A stretch of DNA of 64,000 nucleotides from Amoebidium appalachense (GCA_963693365.1 CAVNZM010000006.1:4381264-4445263); one strand, 5' to 3'; positions 36,125-58,618 are shown, numbered from the stretch's first letter. Notes: generated by a model from the letters alone, not told the origin. A program made the numbers and translations.

Positions 36125-36730
36125 TGTGTGGTGGTGGTGGTGTGTGTGTATGTGTGTGCGTGTGTGCGTGTGTGTGTGTGTGGGTGTGTGTGGTTGTGGG
36201 GGGGGGGGGGGCGGGGGGGGCAGAGGCTTACTCAAAGGAGTAAGTGGTCACACAATTTTTGAAACAAACTAATATGAGATCTGATGGCATGCAGATATTA
36301 TTATAAAAAATGCAGGCGCCGTGACCAGCACAGGCCTAGACTGGTACCGGGCAGTTCATTAAGCTAAGTATAAATAATTACACGACCAATAAAACTACTG
36401 GCTTACATCCCAAACATTCCTATTGGGCGGTTCTCCCTTAAGAATGAAATTCCTTCGTGCTAAATGTCCATAAACGGAAATGGTATTTTGTAGGAGTTCT
36501 CCGATGGTATGTAGACACATGCAAACTATATACACAATGAGTTAAAATGATTACTCGGTGTCCCTTTTCCATTCAGTAGATCATGTCATTCGAGGTTTGC
36601 GACAAATCAAAAAGAAAAAGAGAGAGAGAGGGAGAGAGAGTTACCAATGCACGGTGTTGAGAAGCACCCAGTGTGTATGCGTGTGTGCACGTGTGTGCAT
36701 GTGCACGTAGGCAGGCCAATGCATATGCAC

Positions 36731-36784
<54 letters not shown>

Positions 36785-37119
36785 CTTGTAGTATGCACGT
36801 GTCAAACACAGTACACACGGCCTAGCCCAAGCAACTAACGTGGGGAACATCACTCAACCACACCTAGTTTTACACTCTTTACACAAAAAAACCAAAACAG
36901 AAACATATGAACACAAGATGGGAAACAGCCAGCCTGATACTTCCGAAGAAATTGATGCATAGAAGTCAACTCATCGGGAGCAGGGAGAGACTGAAAGGAG
37001 CAAACACGAAAAAAAGATAACAAAAATCAAAATGGCATGGCCCTGGCAGTGGGCGAGCACGGGATGGGGGGATGGGGGGGGGGGGGGGGGGGGGGTGTTC
37101 AGGAAATTTGGATAAATTT

Positions 37120-45101
<7,982 letters not shown>

Positions 45102-46458
45102 TTTCTATAGAAGCGGTGGGCTACCGCTGAAGTATACAGGTTGGTATGTTTTTGTTCTTGCTAAGCAAAAGAGTAAAAATGGTGAATGCAGGGCTATGGC
45201 CTTCAGGGTGATTGCTTAGCAGTATGTGGGCAATTGTGTATTATGTGTCTGTGAGATTCTATACGGGCACCTGTGCTAAGCCCTACAACATGTGGTAGCA
45301 CAGGGGCGCATGCATCCGTGTGTTATGAATTGTGTCTGTTTGTGTGGGATCCTTTATCGAACACGTTTGCACGCTTGCCTGTTCGTGCGTACTCTCTACT
45401 CGTTCGGAAAAGTAGGCTACCAAAAACGGATGCTGATTGAATTCTTCACAAAACTAAGGATAGATACCCAATTTGCACGGACAACGGAAATAACAGCAGT
45501 GGTTTTACATGACAATAATACAAACTACAAACTTATTGTTCTTTCACCGACTAATTCACCTCGCCAAACCTCTGCTATTACATAGTAATGACCAGCTAAG
45601 TTCTTTTCTCTGTGCTGGATTCAGCCAATATTGATGTCTTTGCGAAATTCCTTTGTGCTCACGATGGTGTGTGCCTGTAGCAGCAGGGTTTTCCAGCATG
45701 ACAAGTAACCAACGGGTTTGAATGCTATTTTTGTTGCTGCTGAATGTCTGGTCAGAAACTGATATTAATATAAATTTAAACGCGGTAAACTTAAAGTGAT
45801 CTGTCGATTAAGAAATATAGAAATGCGGTGTTCAACTTTCATTTGTTAAAGATCATGTTTATATAATATTTTTAGTGGTATGCACATTGAGATGATTGGA
45901 ATGTGCATGAGAGGGCCGTACACGCGCCACACCATGGGGGCTTGTGCTGTACTGACAGCAGAAATTGGGTTATGTAGCAGGTTAAGATTCAAAGCTTATT
46001 ATTGTTCTTTTTCAATGCATTGAGCATGCACAGAATTCGCAGATTTTACGTAAAACCGCCAGACGGGCTGTTGAGATCATGCATCATCATCAGGCTCAGA
46101 CAGGCTGCTGGCAGGCTCCGCGGATGATCATATACATGTGGGGTTTACGCTGTTTACTCGGCGAGAACTTTGAAAAGAGAGAATATATCCGTTTTAAGAT
46201 GACTATCCTAGATCACCTTATTAATGCTGCACAGTATGATATTGTGATCCGGTGCCTTAACTTTCTTTCGGAGCTACCGATGCTAGCCTCTGCTTACCCA
46301 TAATATGTAATAGGGGTGTTAGATACTACGATGGCGCTCATTGTTGCCTAGCATGTACATATGTCACTGGCTGCATTTGATTGGCTGTGCTGGAAGACGC
46401 AGTATGTAGGCCGTCGAATGTGGCTGGGCCTCCGGCAGTGTCCACGCAATAAAAAGTG

Positions 46459-46918
46459 TGTAAACCCAAAAAGAGAGACCAGTCTCAGGTATGGGGGGTT
46501 TTTGCTCGGAATATCCCCTTGCCAAATATGGCACTCGCAAATGTATAACACCTAAATACATATTACCTTCCTGTAGAACTGGTCTTTCTCTAGCCGATGG
46601 TATTATTGATCAATTACCACGCTTTTACTGTACACGTGCTATACAGTGGAGATCTAATAAGTATAAGGTGGCATCGTTTGCATGCCCAAACAACGCACAC
46701 ACACACCAGTTTAAACGGTCATGTATCATGGCGCCAAATGTAGTTTGATAGACCACATAATACCGCAACACACACACGTCACATTCACAACAGATACCCA
46801 GAAAGATACTACCTGTAAATTACAACATCCTTGATTTTATACTAAACACGCGTAACTACGACCTGTTTATTAGATGTATTGATTGGCTTGAGAAACACAT
46901 CATTACAAAATTCTAGCG

Positions 46919-46976
<58 letters not shown>

Positions 46977-47050
46977 ACCAGCTGGTACCGAGTGTCCCAG
47001 GGGAGCCCCCCCCCCCCCCCCCCCCCCCCCCCACAAAAAAAAAAAAAAAA
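46459..47050. mobile_element. Rearranged LINE copy: inverted 3'-tail piece joined to a forward RT C-terminus that ends at the internal poly(A)
   Basis: 46471-46519 is the reverse complement of the tail; 46520-47050 matches 32899-33455. A further 22-bp terminus fragment ggggtttacgctgtttactcg lies at ~46139-46160. Confidence 0.88.
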
Positions 47051-47328
47051 GAGTAAGATTAGATAGCATTTTATGAGGCCGGCCAGGCCTTAAATACAAA
47101 AAGGAGAAAAAACAATACACAGCTAAACATAGATCTAATATTAGCTAAATCAATCGACACACTGGTACATTGCCTGGAGTAAACAGCATCAATATCACTG
47201 GTACATGACTCAGTGTGTGCATGTCTGTGTGTGTGTGTGTGTGTTTTGCGTGTGTGTGTGAGTGCATATGTGAGTGTGCATGTGCATGTGCATGTGCATG
47301 TGCATGTGCATGTGCATGTGTGTGTGTG

Positions 47329-47376
<48 letters not shown>

Positions 47377-47902
47377 GGAGGGAGGGAGGGACGGAGGGAG
47401 GGAGGGACGGAGGGAGGGAGGGAGGGAGGGATGGTTGGGAGGGAGGGAGGGAGGGGGGAGGGAGGGAAGGACGGAGGGACGGAGGGAGGGAGGGAGGGAT
47501 GGTTGGGAGGGAGGGAGGGAGGGGGGAGGGAGGGAGGGAGGGAGGGAGAGAAAGAGTGAGAGACAGTGTGTGTGTGTGCATATCTGTATGTGTGTGTGTG
47601 TGTGAGTGTTTGCGTGTGTGTGTGTGTGTGCATATGTGAGTGTGCATGTGCATGTGTGTGTGTCTGTGTGTGCATATGTGCATGTGTGTGTGTGTATGTG
47701 TGTGTGTGAGTATGCGTGTCTGTGTCTGATGTGTGGATGTCTGTGTATGTTGTGTGTGTGTGCATGTCTGTGTGTGTATATGCCAGTGCTCAGTTGAAAG
47801 GGAAGGGGGGGAGAGGGGGGATGCACCGTGTGTGTGCATGTGTGCACGTGTGTGTGTGTGTGCTCTGTGGAGAGGGGAAGGGGAGGGGGGAAATGCACCG
47901 TG

Positions 47903-47970
<68 letters not shown>

Positions 47971-48121
47971 TGTGTGTGTTGTGTGTTTGTGTGTGTGTGC
48001 ATGTCTCTGTGCGTCGTGTGTGGTGTGTGTGTGTGTGTGCATGTCTGTGCATGTGTGCATGTGCTCAGTGGAGAGGGAAGGGGAAGGGGGGGATTCGTGT
48101 CCGTGCATGTGTGCATGTGTG

Positions 48122-48194
<73 letters not shown>

Positions 48195-48374
48195 ATGTAT
48201 GTGTGTGTGTGTGTGCTCGGTTGAGAGGGAAGGGGGGGGGGATGCACCGTGTGTGTGCATGTGTGCACGTGTGTGTGTGTGTGTGCTCTGTGGAGAGGGA
48301 ATGGGAGGGGAGGAAATGCACCGCCGTGTGTGTGCATATGTGTGTGTGTCTCTCTGTATGTGTGTGTGTGTGTG

Positions 48375-48439
<65 letters not shown>

Positions 48440-48556
48440 GGTGTGTGTGTGTGTTCCGGTGTGCGTGTGGTGCTCAGTGCATGTTTCTGCATTGTGTGCG
48501 AGCATGTGGATGCCTTGGTGAGAACAAGATTGGACGGTGTCGAATGCTGTGTGTGT

Positions 48557-48591
<35 letters not shown>

Positions 48592-48691
48592 CAATGATAA
48601 GCCGGCCATGTGTTTATCATGGCGCACCGGTAAATGAATGTGGCGACTCGTGTAAATATATAAACGGAAATACATTATAAAAAAGGACTCA

Positions 48692-49520
48692 CTCAACGAG
48701 ATGAACGAGCGTTACAGAACGTACGTGTCTGCCGCCCCCCCCCCCCCCCCCCCCCCCCCTGCACGTGTCTAGGTGTATAGATCCTACAGGTAACGATGGC
48801 AGAACTTTCGCCATTTGGTAATGGACTCCGTGCCGCTCTAGTGCATTATATTGTAAAGTAATATCACCAACAAAAAACGCAGGTTCGGCAAAGCTGCGTG
48901 CGAGTGCTTCAAGGACTCCACCAAGAACGAACTCAAAACATCGAAATTCCATGCTGGTGTGCATTATTCTGACGACTATCGCCTCTTTGGCCCGGTGGAG
49001 TCAGCTGAGAGCTGGGAGCGTGCACACAAATACTACTGCAAGATGCCGTATCATATGACCAACAAGAACTCTGCATGCATTCATTTTGCAGGTGAGTACT
49101 AGTACTCCAAAATATGGTGAAATCTACGATATCCTGCGAGCATGTTTGTATGTTGTAGTCCACATGTCGACGATATTATGTATCGTCTTACGACCGTTTG
49201 TACCGTACGATATATCGTTTTACGACAGTAATATGGATGGTATTGTTACAGTCTTGGGGATGGCCCATGGACATACATAAGGCGTCTTATGGACTATGTT
49301 TGGACATCTTTATTACACCGTAGACATGTGAACCACCGAAAGGTGGATACTACAAGATGGGGCATTTGCACGGTTAATAACGTGCAGGGGATTGATGGGG
49401 GCCCAACCAAACTTTGCATTAGGCAGTGTCTCTGTGTGGGTGATGTAACAAAACCGGTCGGACTGTCCCCCCTTTTCTGTGGGAAAAGTTATTGACCGTT
49501 GTACGTCCATATTAGGCAAA
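48692..49520 (-). pseudogene. Decayed ORF of unknown function
   Basis: One frame runs from LPNMDVQRSITF... to ...GSIHLDT with about five TAA/TAG/TGA interruptions. No family recognised. Confidence 0.3.
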
Positions 49521-49823
49521 ATGCGCTGTAATACATAGGGAAGGGGGGGGGGATTAAACGGTTAATAACGTGCAGGGGATTGATGGGGGCACAACCAAAC
49601 TTTGCATGAGGGAGTGTCTCTGTGTGGGGGGTCTAACAAAACCGGTCGGACTGTCTCCCCATTCCTGTGGGGAAAGTTATTAACCGTTGTACATCCATAT
49701 TAGGCAAAATGCGCTATAATACATAGGGAAAAGGGGGGGCTTCAACAGTTAATAATGTGCAGGGGATTGTTGGGAGCACAACCAAACTTTGCATTAGGCA
49801 GTTTCTCTGTGTGGGGGGTCTAA
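49369..49823. repeat. Tandem repeat, ~190-bp unit x 2.4
   Basis: gttaataa.gtgcaggggattg.tggg.gc.caaccaaactttgcat recurs at ~49373, ~49561 and ~49748. Confidence 0.9.
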
Positions 49824-51112
49824 TTATCCCTACTATAATCCCCTGCCGTTCCAGGCACCCACAAACTCTGCTAGTTGTTGTACCCCCTCAGCATCCGATT
49901 CGTTCTCTTATGTATTCTCTTTCAAGTATGCCAGCATTCCCACGAAACCCCCATAAAACATCCATTGTTATATGTATCCAGAAGGCCCGGTGCCACCAGT
50001 TATTATTTACAATTTTACAAAAAAATTATTAACATCTAAAGTTACACATGACATATACTAATCCGTCTCAGCAGATTAGCCTAAGTCTACGATCGAGATC
50101 GGGGGGGGGGGGGGGGGGGGGGGGGGGGTGGCCCGGGTCCACAGATCATCAAGATCAAGTCCGGGGCCTCAAGATAGCTGTACAGCTGCGTGCATCTTGC
50201 CTCTGCCGGCGCAGGGCATTGGACCACGTCAGCCGGGACAGCCGACCAATGGACCACTTTGGATCTATAATAGGCCGATCTGTGGAATGCGGCTCTGGAG
50301 CCATAGGGCCTTCCCGTGTGCAGACTGCGCAGCCGCGGCGCCATGGTTTTCCGTGCGAAACTTACAACACCTACAAGAACTGAAGCGACTCTATCTAACC
50401 TACTTTAAGCTAGTATAAGCGCACTTTTAGAGTAGTGAGTAATTGTATATGACACAAATAACAACAGTTTAAAATATTGGTTAAACAATCAAAAGCCCCG
50501 CACGCACATGCCTGCTCATCAGTAGAGCTGCAGTCTACCTCCGGAGTCTAGATCTGTGGACGTGGTGGTATGGTGTGTGGTTCACGGAACTATGGTTAGA
50601 AGACGCCGTGACGTGGCCCAGTAGAGTGAAAAAGAACCTATAAGAGCCAAAGGTTATGCAGAGACCACTTTAACCCGGTCACTGCAACTTTTTTTGTGTC
50701 ATCGACAACAAGCCACTACACCTCAAACCTGTTACCGGAGCTTGTCCCACTGTACGCCCGTTCCAGAAGGTGCAAACAGTGGGGTTTTGGTGCTACCACT
50801 CAGAAGAAGCCAAATAAACATGACTTGGTTGTTCAGGCATAGGCTCAAGTTTGTCCCACCCCCATCATGCTCAACTTATACACTGCCCATAACCACCCAC
50901 CTGCCCGCCCCTGACTGCATGGGAAGGCCCGCCCGTACTAGTCCCCCCTCTACACAACTAACTTAGGCAAGAACACCAGGCCGTAAGAAACACACACACA
51001 CATACAAACAAAAATACACACAAACACACACACACACACGCACACACGCACACACGCACACACACATGTCGTACACACACACACACACACAGACACACAC
51101 ACACACCAGAGT

Positions 51113-51154
<42 letters not shown>

Positions 51155-51164
51155 ACGAGAGAGG

Positions 51165-51209
<45 letters not shown>

Positions 51210-51665
51210 CCGTGACACACACACACACATAAACACACAAATAACTACATGTAAACAAGGCAGCTTGACCTCGCTCACTTCAACACTTCTTACACAGATC
51301 TGTTACCTTCTCCATATCGACCCCACCTTCCCCAGCCGCCCCACCCAAACCCCACTTTTGCCCGCCAGCCCCCCCCCCCCCCCCCCCCCCCCCCCTTTCC
51401 GAAGTTCCTTATGCCTTCCTTCCTCCCCCTTCCTCCCTCCCCCCACCACCACCTCCCTCCCTAGGCACCTACAAGAGAGGCGGGGCAACAAGGTGCCCCC
51501 TGTCGAGGGAGGGAAAGAAGGGGGGGGGGGGGGGGGGGGGGGGGGAGAGGGGGGGGGGGGTCCCGGGGAGGGAAGGCTAGGAAGAGGACCGTGAGAGCAT
51601 AACAACGTACACCTTCACTGACGTCGACATACACTCACACCTGAACGCGTGTGCGTGCGCGTGCG

Positions 51666-51718
<53 letters not shown>

Positions 51719-51781
51719 ACATACAGACAAACACGTGACACATACTCTAACAAACACCCACCCACGGGATTGAAACACACA

Positions 51782-51828
<47 letters not shown>

Positions 51829-51893
51829 ACACACACAGACAAACACACGACACATACTCTAACAAACAAACACCCACCGGATTGCAACACACA

Positions 51894-52011
<118 letters not shown>

Positions 52012-52198
52012 ACACACATATACGCACACACAAAGAATACACACACAGACGTGTGCATACACACACGTGCACGCAAGGGCACACACACACACACACACAA
52101 GCATATACAGACGCCTAAGTGTACGCGTGCACAAATACACACGCAAACGTGACACAATCACTCACACACACACAAACACACACACACACACTGCGTCT

Positions 52199-52308
<110 letters not shown>

Positions 52309-54059
52309 GTCTCATCTTAATGTCACGCACAGTACACACACATGCGCAATACACACACACACTTACCCTGTGTAACGTTATAACAAACGACACACTGGCA
52401 CAGTATATTAACCGGCCTCTTTTGGTGCAGTGGCGGTTTGCAAACACCCACGGTCCGGGTTAGTGCTAGCCCAAGACAACGTAACGTTAGATATAATTAG
52501 CAGCTTCTGCGCAGATCTTGTGTAGGGAGAGAACAGACGGGTAGATGTACAAAGACTTAGAATAGAAAGAGAGCTGCCGGGTTTGCATTTCTTTTATCCG
52601 TGAGCAAGAGAAAGAAAAACAATACAGTTAAGTAGCAAGCATCTAATTCGACTTGTTTCATGTTAGTGGCAGTACATAGTGGGCTCGTACCGATACTAGT
52701 GCTACCTCTGCACACTGCACTGTGCAACAAAACACGTTGCACTCAAGTGACCTTTGGATGCAAGGGATACTTGACGAGACGATATATGCAACAAGTAATT
52801 TATTACAAAAAGAACAACAGGGTGTCTGTCAGAGTCTGCTGGTTGCGTTGGACGGTGTGGAAAACAGTCATGATGTGTTTTCGACCGAAACGCCTTCCCG
52901 TTGTCTGTATGTATATGGCTGACAGGGCATTCCACAAAAAGGTGGACTGAATGATCACGCTGTACGTGTGTATAATGTTCACACGCCATGCCTACTCTAC
53001 CCCCAGAGAGTGTATTTGGCAGAAACGCACCATGCAGGCAGTAAATGTTCAACACCCGTAATACTTGTGCATATGTTTAACTACGGTGCATGTGTGATGC
53101 CCTCATGATCACGAATGGCTAAGAAAAACGCCCAACGCAACAAGCCTGCAAACCCCAAAATAACTAAGACGATAGAAACTATCATCTATAATAAAAAGCA
53201 TCTGTGTAGCATTTTGAGGAAAAAGCAAATATTGTTACGTAAAGGGGTTTGTCTTTGCCAGAAGTAGCTTCTACGTCGGGCAGCTGGAGCCGCTGCCAGG
53301 CAGCCCGACAAACGACGGCCCTATGGCGGCCAACCTCGGGTGTTGGAGCGAAGCAAAAAATTGATCGATTTTTGAATAGTAGATCCAAAGTGGTCCCTAA
53401 TTAGTGTGTAGGATAGATCGTAGGAGGACTTAGGAATGTGATTGTTCGGGCAGAAGCCCTTTTGTAAGTATTGGCAAGGTTTGATAGTGTATGTTGCCAA
53501 ACGTATTTATATATTTAGATGTAGAGGAAAGGGGGGGAGGGAGGGGGGGGGAGGATAGTATGAAATGTAGATTTAGACTCTGCGGTGCCACTAGGGGGAG
53601 GGTGAGGGGTGAGACATGGATAAATATATTAGTTGAGTAGATCGACTTAGCTCGTGCAGGCGCACGATAAAAGTAGATCGGAATGTTTGGAATGTGGCAT
53701 CGTAGGGGGCCAGGTGATGATGATCTTTGAGGGCACGGCCTTGATGGCCTCAGTTGTAACTTAGTCTCATTCCGTACGGATCTAAGTTTGCCCGTCTGAG
53801 CCTGGTCTGAATAAACTTTACCGTTTTTCCGTACACGTTCGTTCCTTTTCGTGTGTGTACACTTAAGAGAGTGCCGCGTCTCTAGTACATATACATTAGG
53901 ATACGACAAGCTACACCCCCTATCTGTCTAATGATAGTGGTATCATATAGCTACACAGCAGCCCCTCCAGATGCTCAATTAAAATGTACACAGCTTGGTT
54001 TTTTACTACTAGTGCTAATTTATGTGAGTTCAACATGGCCTGCCATGACCTTCCTATCG

Positions 54060-54932
54060 ATACGGTAAACCCATCCATCAGGCGGGGTTTTCAGACGTCT
54101 AATGACAGTCTTACGATGGGGCATCATAATATCATCTAACGATGTCGTAATTTGCAGGTGTTTACGGCATACATGGTGTGTCGTGGACCTTCAAATGGAT
54201 ACTGTAAACCAATCCATAAGGCGGGTTTTCAGACGTCTATAATTGACAGTCTTACGTTGGGTGTCGCAAGAGCATGTTACGATGTCGTACTCTGGGGGGG
54301 TTTACGACAACTAATGGTTGTCGAGGACATTCATATGGATATTGTAAACCCATCCATTCGACGGTTGTTTCCGACGTCTTAAGACAGTCTTCCGAGGGGG
54401 TGCAGCAAGACCATCTTATGATGTCGTAATCCGGAGGTGTGCACGACATGTAAACCAATCCATTAGGCGGATTTTCAGACGTCTATTGACAGTCTTACGT
54501 TGGGTGTCGCAAGAGCATGTTACGATGTCGTACTCTAGGGGGGGTTTACGACAACTAATGGTTGTCGAGGACGTTCATATGGATATGGATATTGTAAACC
54601 CATCCATTCGACGGTTGTTTCCGACGTCTAAAGGCAGCCTGAGTCTCCCGAGGGGATGCAGCAAGACCATCTTATGATGTCGTAATCCGGAGGTGTGCAC
54701 GACATACAGTGTACATCCCATGTATGGGGTTAGGAGTACCACAAAAGTTGTGGTTGCTGTAAACCCATCCATAGGTGTGGTTAGGGTTATACATTTGGCT
54801 GTCCAAATACTGTCGGTCATCCCTAAAGGGGTCGTAAACCACTCCGCCGACGGTCTACGAAGTCGTCGACGGGTTTGGAGGGTTTTCCTTCATATAGCGT
54901 AAACCCACCCATTAGACAGTCCTAAACCAGTG
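54060..54932. repeat. Tandem ~250-bp duplication with gtaaacccatccat/gtcgta subrepeats; possible CACTA-like transposon end
   Basis: 54203-54448 and 54450-54703 are near-identical. The array ends in CAGTG at 54932; no partner end was found. Confidence 0.6.
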
Positions 54933-56336
54933 CCAACCCATCGACGAGGTCTTCGGTGGGGCAAGAACAGGGAAGCAGAGACACAGTCACGGTGGTGCAG
55001 TGTAAAAACACCACAAACACACGGGAACAAGGAACAAGGGAAACAGGAACGATCGGAGCAGTGTACACAATGATGTTTGGACACAACTAAACTAAAATTA
55101 TGTCGATCTCGTATATAAATATTCGAAATTCCCTTAAGTCAAACCTATCCGTGATTTTCGACCAGTCAGAAATCAGATCTGTCTCTAAAAGAAACCAATC
55201 ACTAAGAACTAATTGCTTTCAGAGAGATCCGTGTGGTATATTATACCGGATATCTAGTATGGATGTACACAGGTTGAGATATACGAGCACGTGTACATGT
55301 ATATATACCACTGTGTTTGATCTGAGGTAGGCCAGCATGCATGTCCCCCCCAGTCTTGTGCGCATGAGCATGGAGTTAAACATATGTGCACGTGCAGCTT
55401 GCAGGATTATTCATGGGAAAACAGATATAATAGTCACATGGGACCGACACGTAGTAGAGGAACCATGAGCGTTAAGTTATAGTTTTATCATGGGAAAATA
55501 TGCAAGTAGCCGTGAGGTATGACTGTGGAATGCATCGATAGTCAAGTACTGTCACCCGATTGGCTCACTAAGTTTATCGGAACCGTGATAGCCATGGGAC
55601 AGAACCGTGAACCGTATGTGATTGGCTCTCGTAGCCAAAAAGGACATACCGATGCGCATGTCTGAGCCGCTGTGCGAGCTCCGATATAAGGGCATGTCGG
55701 GGGCTTCAGAGCTCACTCAGTGTGCTCGGCTTACTAGGTGTAAGTAGGACTAGCACGTAACTTAGCAAAGCGTGGTCTAGTCAACCCCGTTCATTTACAA
55801 ATATATTGTTTGTCACAGACACACGATCATTTTATACAACACCGGTACGCGGATATGTACATGATAGGGCACAGACACTAGCGAAGATCATCTCATGTCA
55901 ATGATTATCGAGGAAGTGAGGGGAAGTTCCAACCTATGATACACTGCAAAGACTCAGACATACCACACTTAACCTTGATGATTGGTTAAAGCACGGCAAC
56001 ACATGAAAACTAAAGTAAATTAATGAAGTCTGATCACACATGTCAACCCAAGTGTAGCCTAAGTGTGTTACCGTCCAATCAACACATATTAAGTAACGCA
56101 AATCTACCTAAGTTAAACATATATTAGTAGAAAAGAAATACGATTATACACATGAAAAACAAGGAGAGGAAGAAAAGAAAATAAAGAAGGAGAAAGAGAA
56201 AGGAGAAGAGAGCACAGTTCAATAAACAAGATAGTAATAGTATAACCATAACTAAAGATATTTATGTACACACGAACATGTAAACGTCTCTCCCTGAGTG
56301 GGTGGATCCGTGTACACACACACTAATATTCTAACC

Positions 56337-56488
56337 GGTGTTCCCATTAGCCGACGGTTTGGGAGGGGAGTTGCGGCAGTACTCGTTGCCTGCAAGAATA
56401 TGCTGGCATATGTTTCTTTGGCAATTAATTGGCGGAGCTCGGGTGTTTTACGAGAGTTCGCATATTATAGAAACTCTGCCGGGAGCTG
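56337..56488 (-). mobile_element. Diverged internal fragment of LINE ORF1
   Basis: Reverse complement of ~29373-29520 with substitutions and small insertions. Confidence 0.85.
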
Positions 56489-57505
56489 CAGCCCAGGTGA
56501 TTTTCAAAAGATGAAATCTGAAATATTATGGAAGCGACGAAGCGCGCTGGTTAAATCTGAGATATCCAGATGTGATCGTACGCTGTCGCCGGCATACTGC
56601 CAGCGCCCTACAGATTTGATCGTATCATCAGATATCTGGTCATAGTGCGCCAAAATCTGGGGCCGTACGATCAAATCTGGTTTGTTTTGGGCCCGATCGG
56701 ATTGGTTAGCGGCGCTTCCAAAAAAGGCTAGCCAATATGATAAAAACCATTGGCCAATTCTCTGCAGTAGAATCGACATGAAAATAGCTATATATGGGTT
56801 GTCGGTCATCCAATTAAATGCGGCGGATATCAAGGGGTTCACATCACTCACTCGTGCTTGCCTCATGCCCCCCGTGTCCGTGGAGTGCAGGCCGTCGTGC
56901 CTGCACCCAAGGGGCTGGCCGAGGCGGGGGCCGCCAGGGGGGGGTCCATGCCATGAGCCCCCCCCCGCACCAGCCGGGGCTGGGCCCCGCCTCGACATGC
57001 TTTATTGCCGCTGCAATCGGGCTGTGAGCCAGTCACAGTCGCATACGTACACCGTCATGTATACAGACTTAGAGGTGGGTGGGTGGGAGCCGCCGTGTGC
57101 TAGCCACCGAAAACGCAATCGTGCTAACAAAAACCGTACGTGCAGCACACGGCGAAAACGAAGGTGGCCTGCATCTGCAGTGTGCTGCGCCGGAAATACC
57201 GGCGCTGGTGGCGCCTGACGTCAGGCGCTGCGCCAGACCGATGTCAGCCGCCGCTGCGGCTGCGCCTGGCGCCGCGGCCCGTGACGTCATGGGCCGCCTG
57301 GCTGCCTGCGCCCGAAGTGATCCGTGAAACATCTTTCATCTGCTGCGCATATGAAACGTACATTCACATCACTCACTCGTGCTTGCCTCATGCCCCCCGT
57401 GTCCGGGGAGTGCAGGCCGTCGTGCCTGCACCCAAGGGGCTGGCCGAGGCGGGGGCCGCCAGGGGGGGTCCATGCCATGATCCCCCCCCGCACCACAAGG
57501 CCCCC

Positions 57506-58618
57506 CTACTGCGATGTAGGGGGTCCGCCCCAAGGTCCCGTGGCGAGGCCCTGGTGTGACCAGACGGTGGCAATGGAGGCTTGCACGTCGCGGTGGGGCA
57601 GCCGGATGTAGACCATGAATGCGTCTGATGCCCAGCGGCCAAGGGCTTTGATGGTGGCGTCGGGTAGGCCCGCTCTCTCAGCTGCAGTGGCCCCCCTTAT
57701 GCGCAGGCTGTGGCCGGCGTACCGGTCGGGGTCGTAGCCCGCATGGTGTAGAGCTGTGCGGAAACCGGCGATGAAGGTGCTCTTGAGGTAAGGGCTGCCG
57801 TCGACGCTGAACAGGGGTGCATCTGGGTGGATGCCTGCCCTGGTTGACGAGACCCCCAGGAAGAGGGCTAGATTGGCTGCTGGGCAGAAGGAAGGCTCCT
57901 CCGGGAAGGCGGGCACCCGGATGGTAACACCCTTGCCCGTGGGGTCGGTCTTAGATGTCGGCAGGAAGACTGTTGCCCCAATCAGGCGGCCACCCTGCCA
58001 TAGGAGCTGGACGTCGCGACGCTTGGCGTGAAGGAGGGGGTTGAACTTGGCCGCAGATTTGGACGTGAACTCGCCCGAGCGCAGGAGGCACGAGCTGCCA
58101 AGCAGCAGGGCAGCCCACAGACGCAGGGCCTCCAATGAAGAGCCCGGTTGGATGACTGGGAGGAGGGCGCGGAGGTCGGCTGGGAGGAGGGGCTCGAGCA
58201 CTCGTTTGGGCCGGTGGCTGCCTTCCAGCAGCAGGAAGCGGCCAGCCCCGCGGATAAACCACTGAAGGCTCTGCTGGCCGGAGCCCGCTGGTGGTGCCAT
58301 GCCCAAGCTGCGGTGCAGGCTGTTGACGGCGGAGACGATGCTGGGCATGGTCCGGGCTTGCACCGCACGCATGGCGCACCAGGCAAGGAACAGCTGCACT
58401 TGGGCTGGGCAGGCTGGCAGGTAGCCACCATCAGGATTGCGGCAGTCCATTGCGTAGATGAAGTCGATAAACTGGCGCTGGTAGGACGAGTAGGAGGACT
58501 CCGTGCTGTCACCCACTGACAGCCGAGTGATGGTGCGGGCCACCTCCGGGACACGGGCCAAAACCTCGGGGGTGAACCACTGGGCAAGCCTACCATGGTC
58601 GCCACCAAAGGGGAGCAA
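57506..58618 (-). CDS. Tyrosine recombinase of the Ngaro element
   Basis: Catalytic R-K-H-R-W-Y: LLRSGE, SKTD, GHSLRIRGAT, LGRWASDAFMVY. The ORF has no ATG at its 5' end. Confidence 0.93.
   Translation of the reverse strand: MLPFGGDHGRLAQWFTPEVLARVPEVARTITRLSVGDSTESSYSSYQRQFIDFIYAMDCRNPDGGYLPACPAQVQLFLAWCAMRAVQARTMPSIVSAVNSLHRSLGMAPPAGSGQQSLQWFIRGAGRFLLLEGSHRPKRVLEPLLPADLRALLPVIQPGSSLEALRLWAALLLGSSCLLRSGEFTSKSAAKFNPLLHAKRRDVQLLWQGGRLIGATVFLPTSKTDPTGKGVTIRVPAFPEEPSFCPAANLALFLGVSSTRAGIHPDAPLFSVDGSPYLKSTFIAGFRTALHHAGYDPDRYAGHSLRIRGATAAERAGLPDATIKALGRWASDAFMVYIRLPHRDVQASIATVWSHQGLATGPWGGPPTSQ

Noticed and set aside
50140-50275. Frame LYSCVHLASAGAGHWTT...DQW resembling a USP His-box
   Set aside because: It is short, bounded by stops, and has no Cys-box or supporting exons.
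53430-53909. 159-aa minus-strand ORF
   Set aside because: It has a non-ATG start and no recognisable motif, so it cannot be supported.
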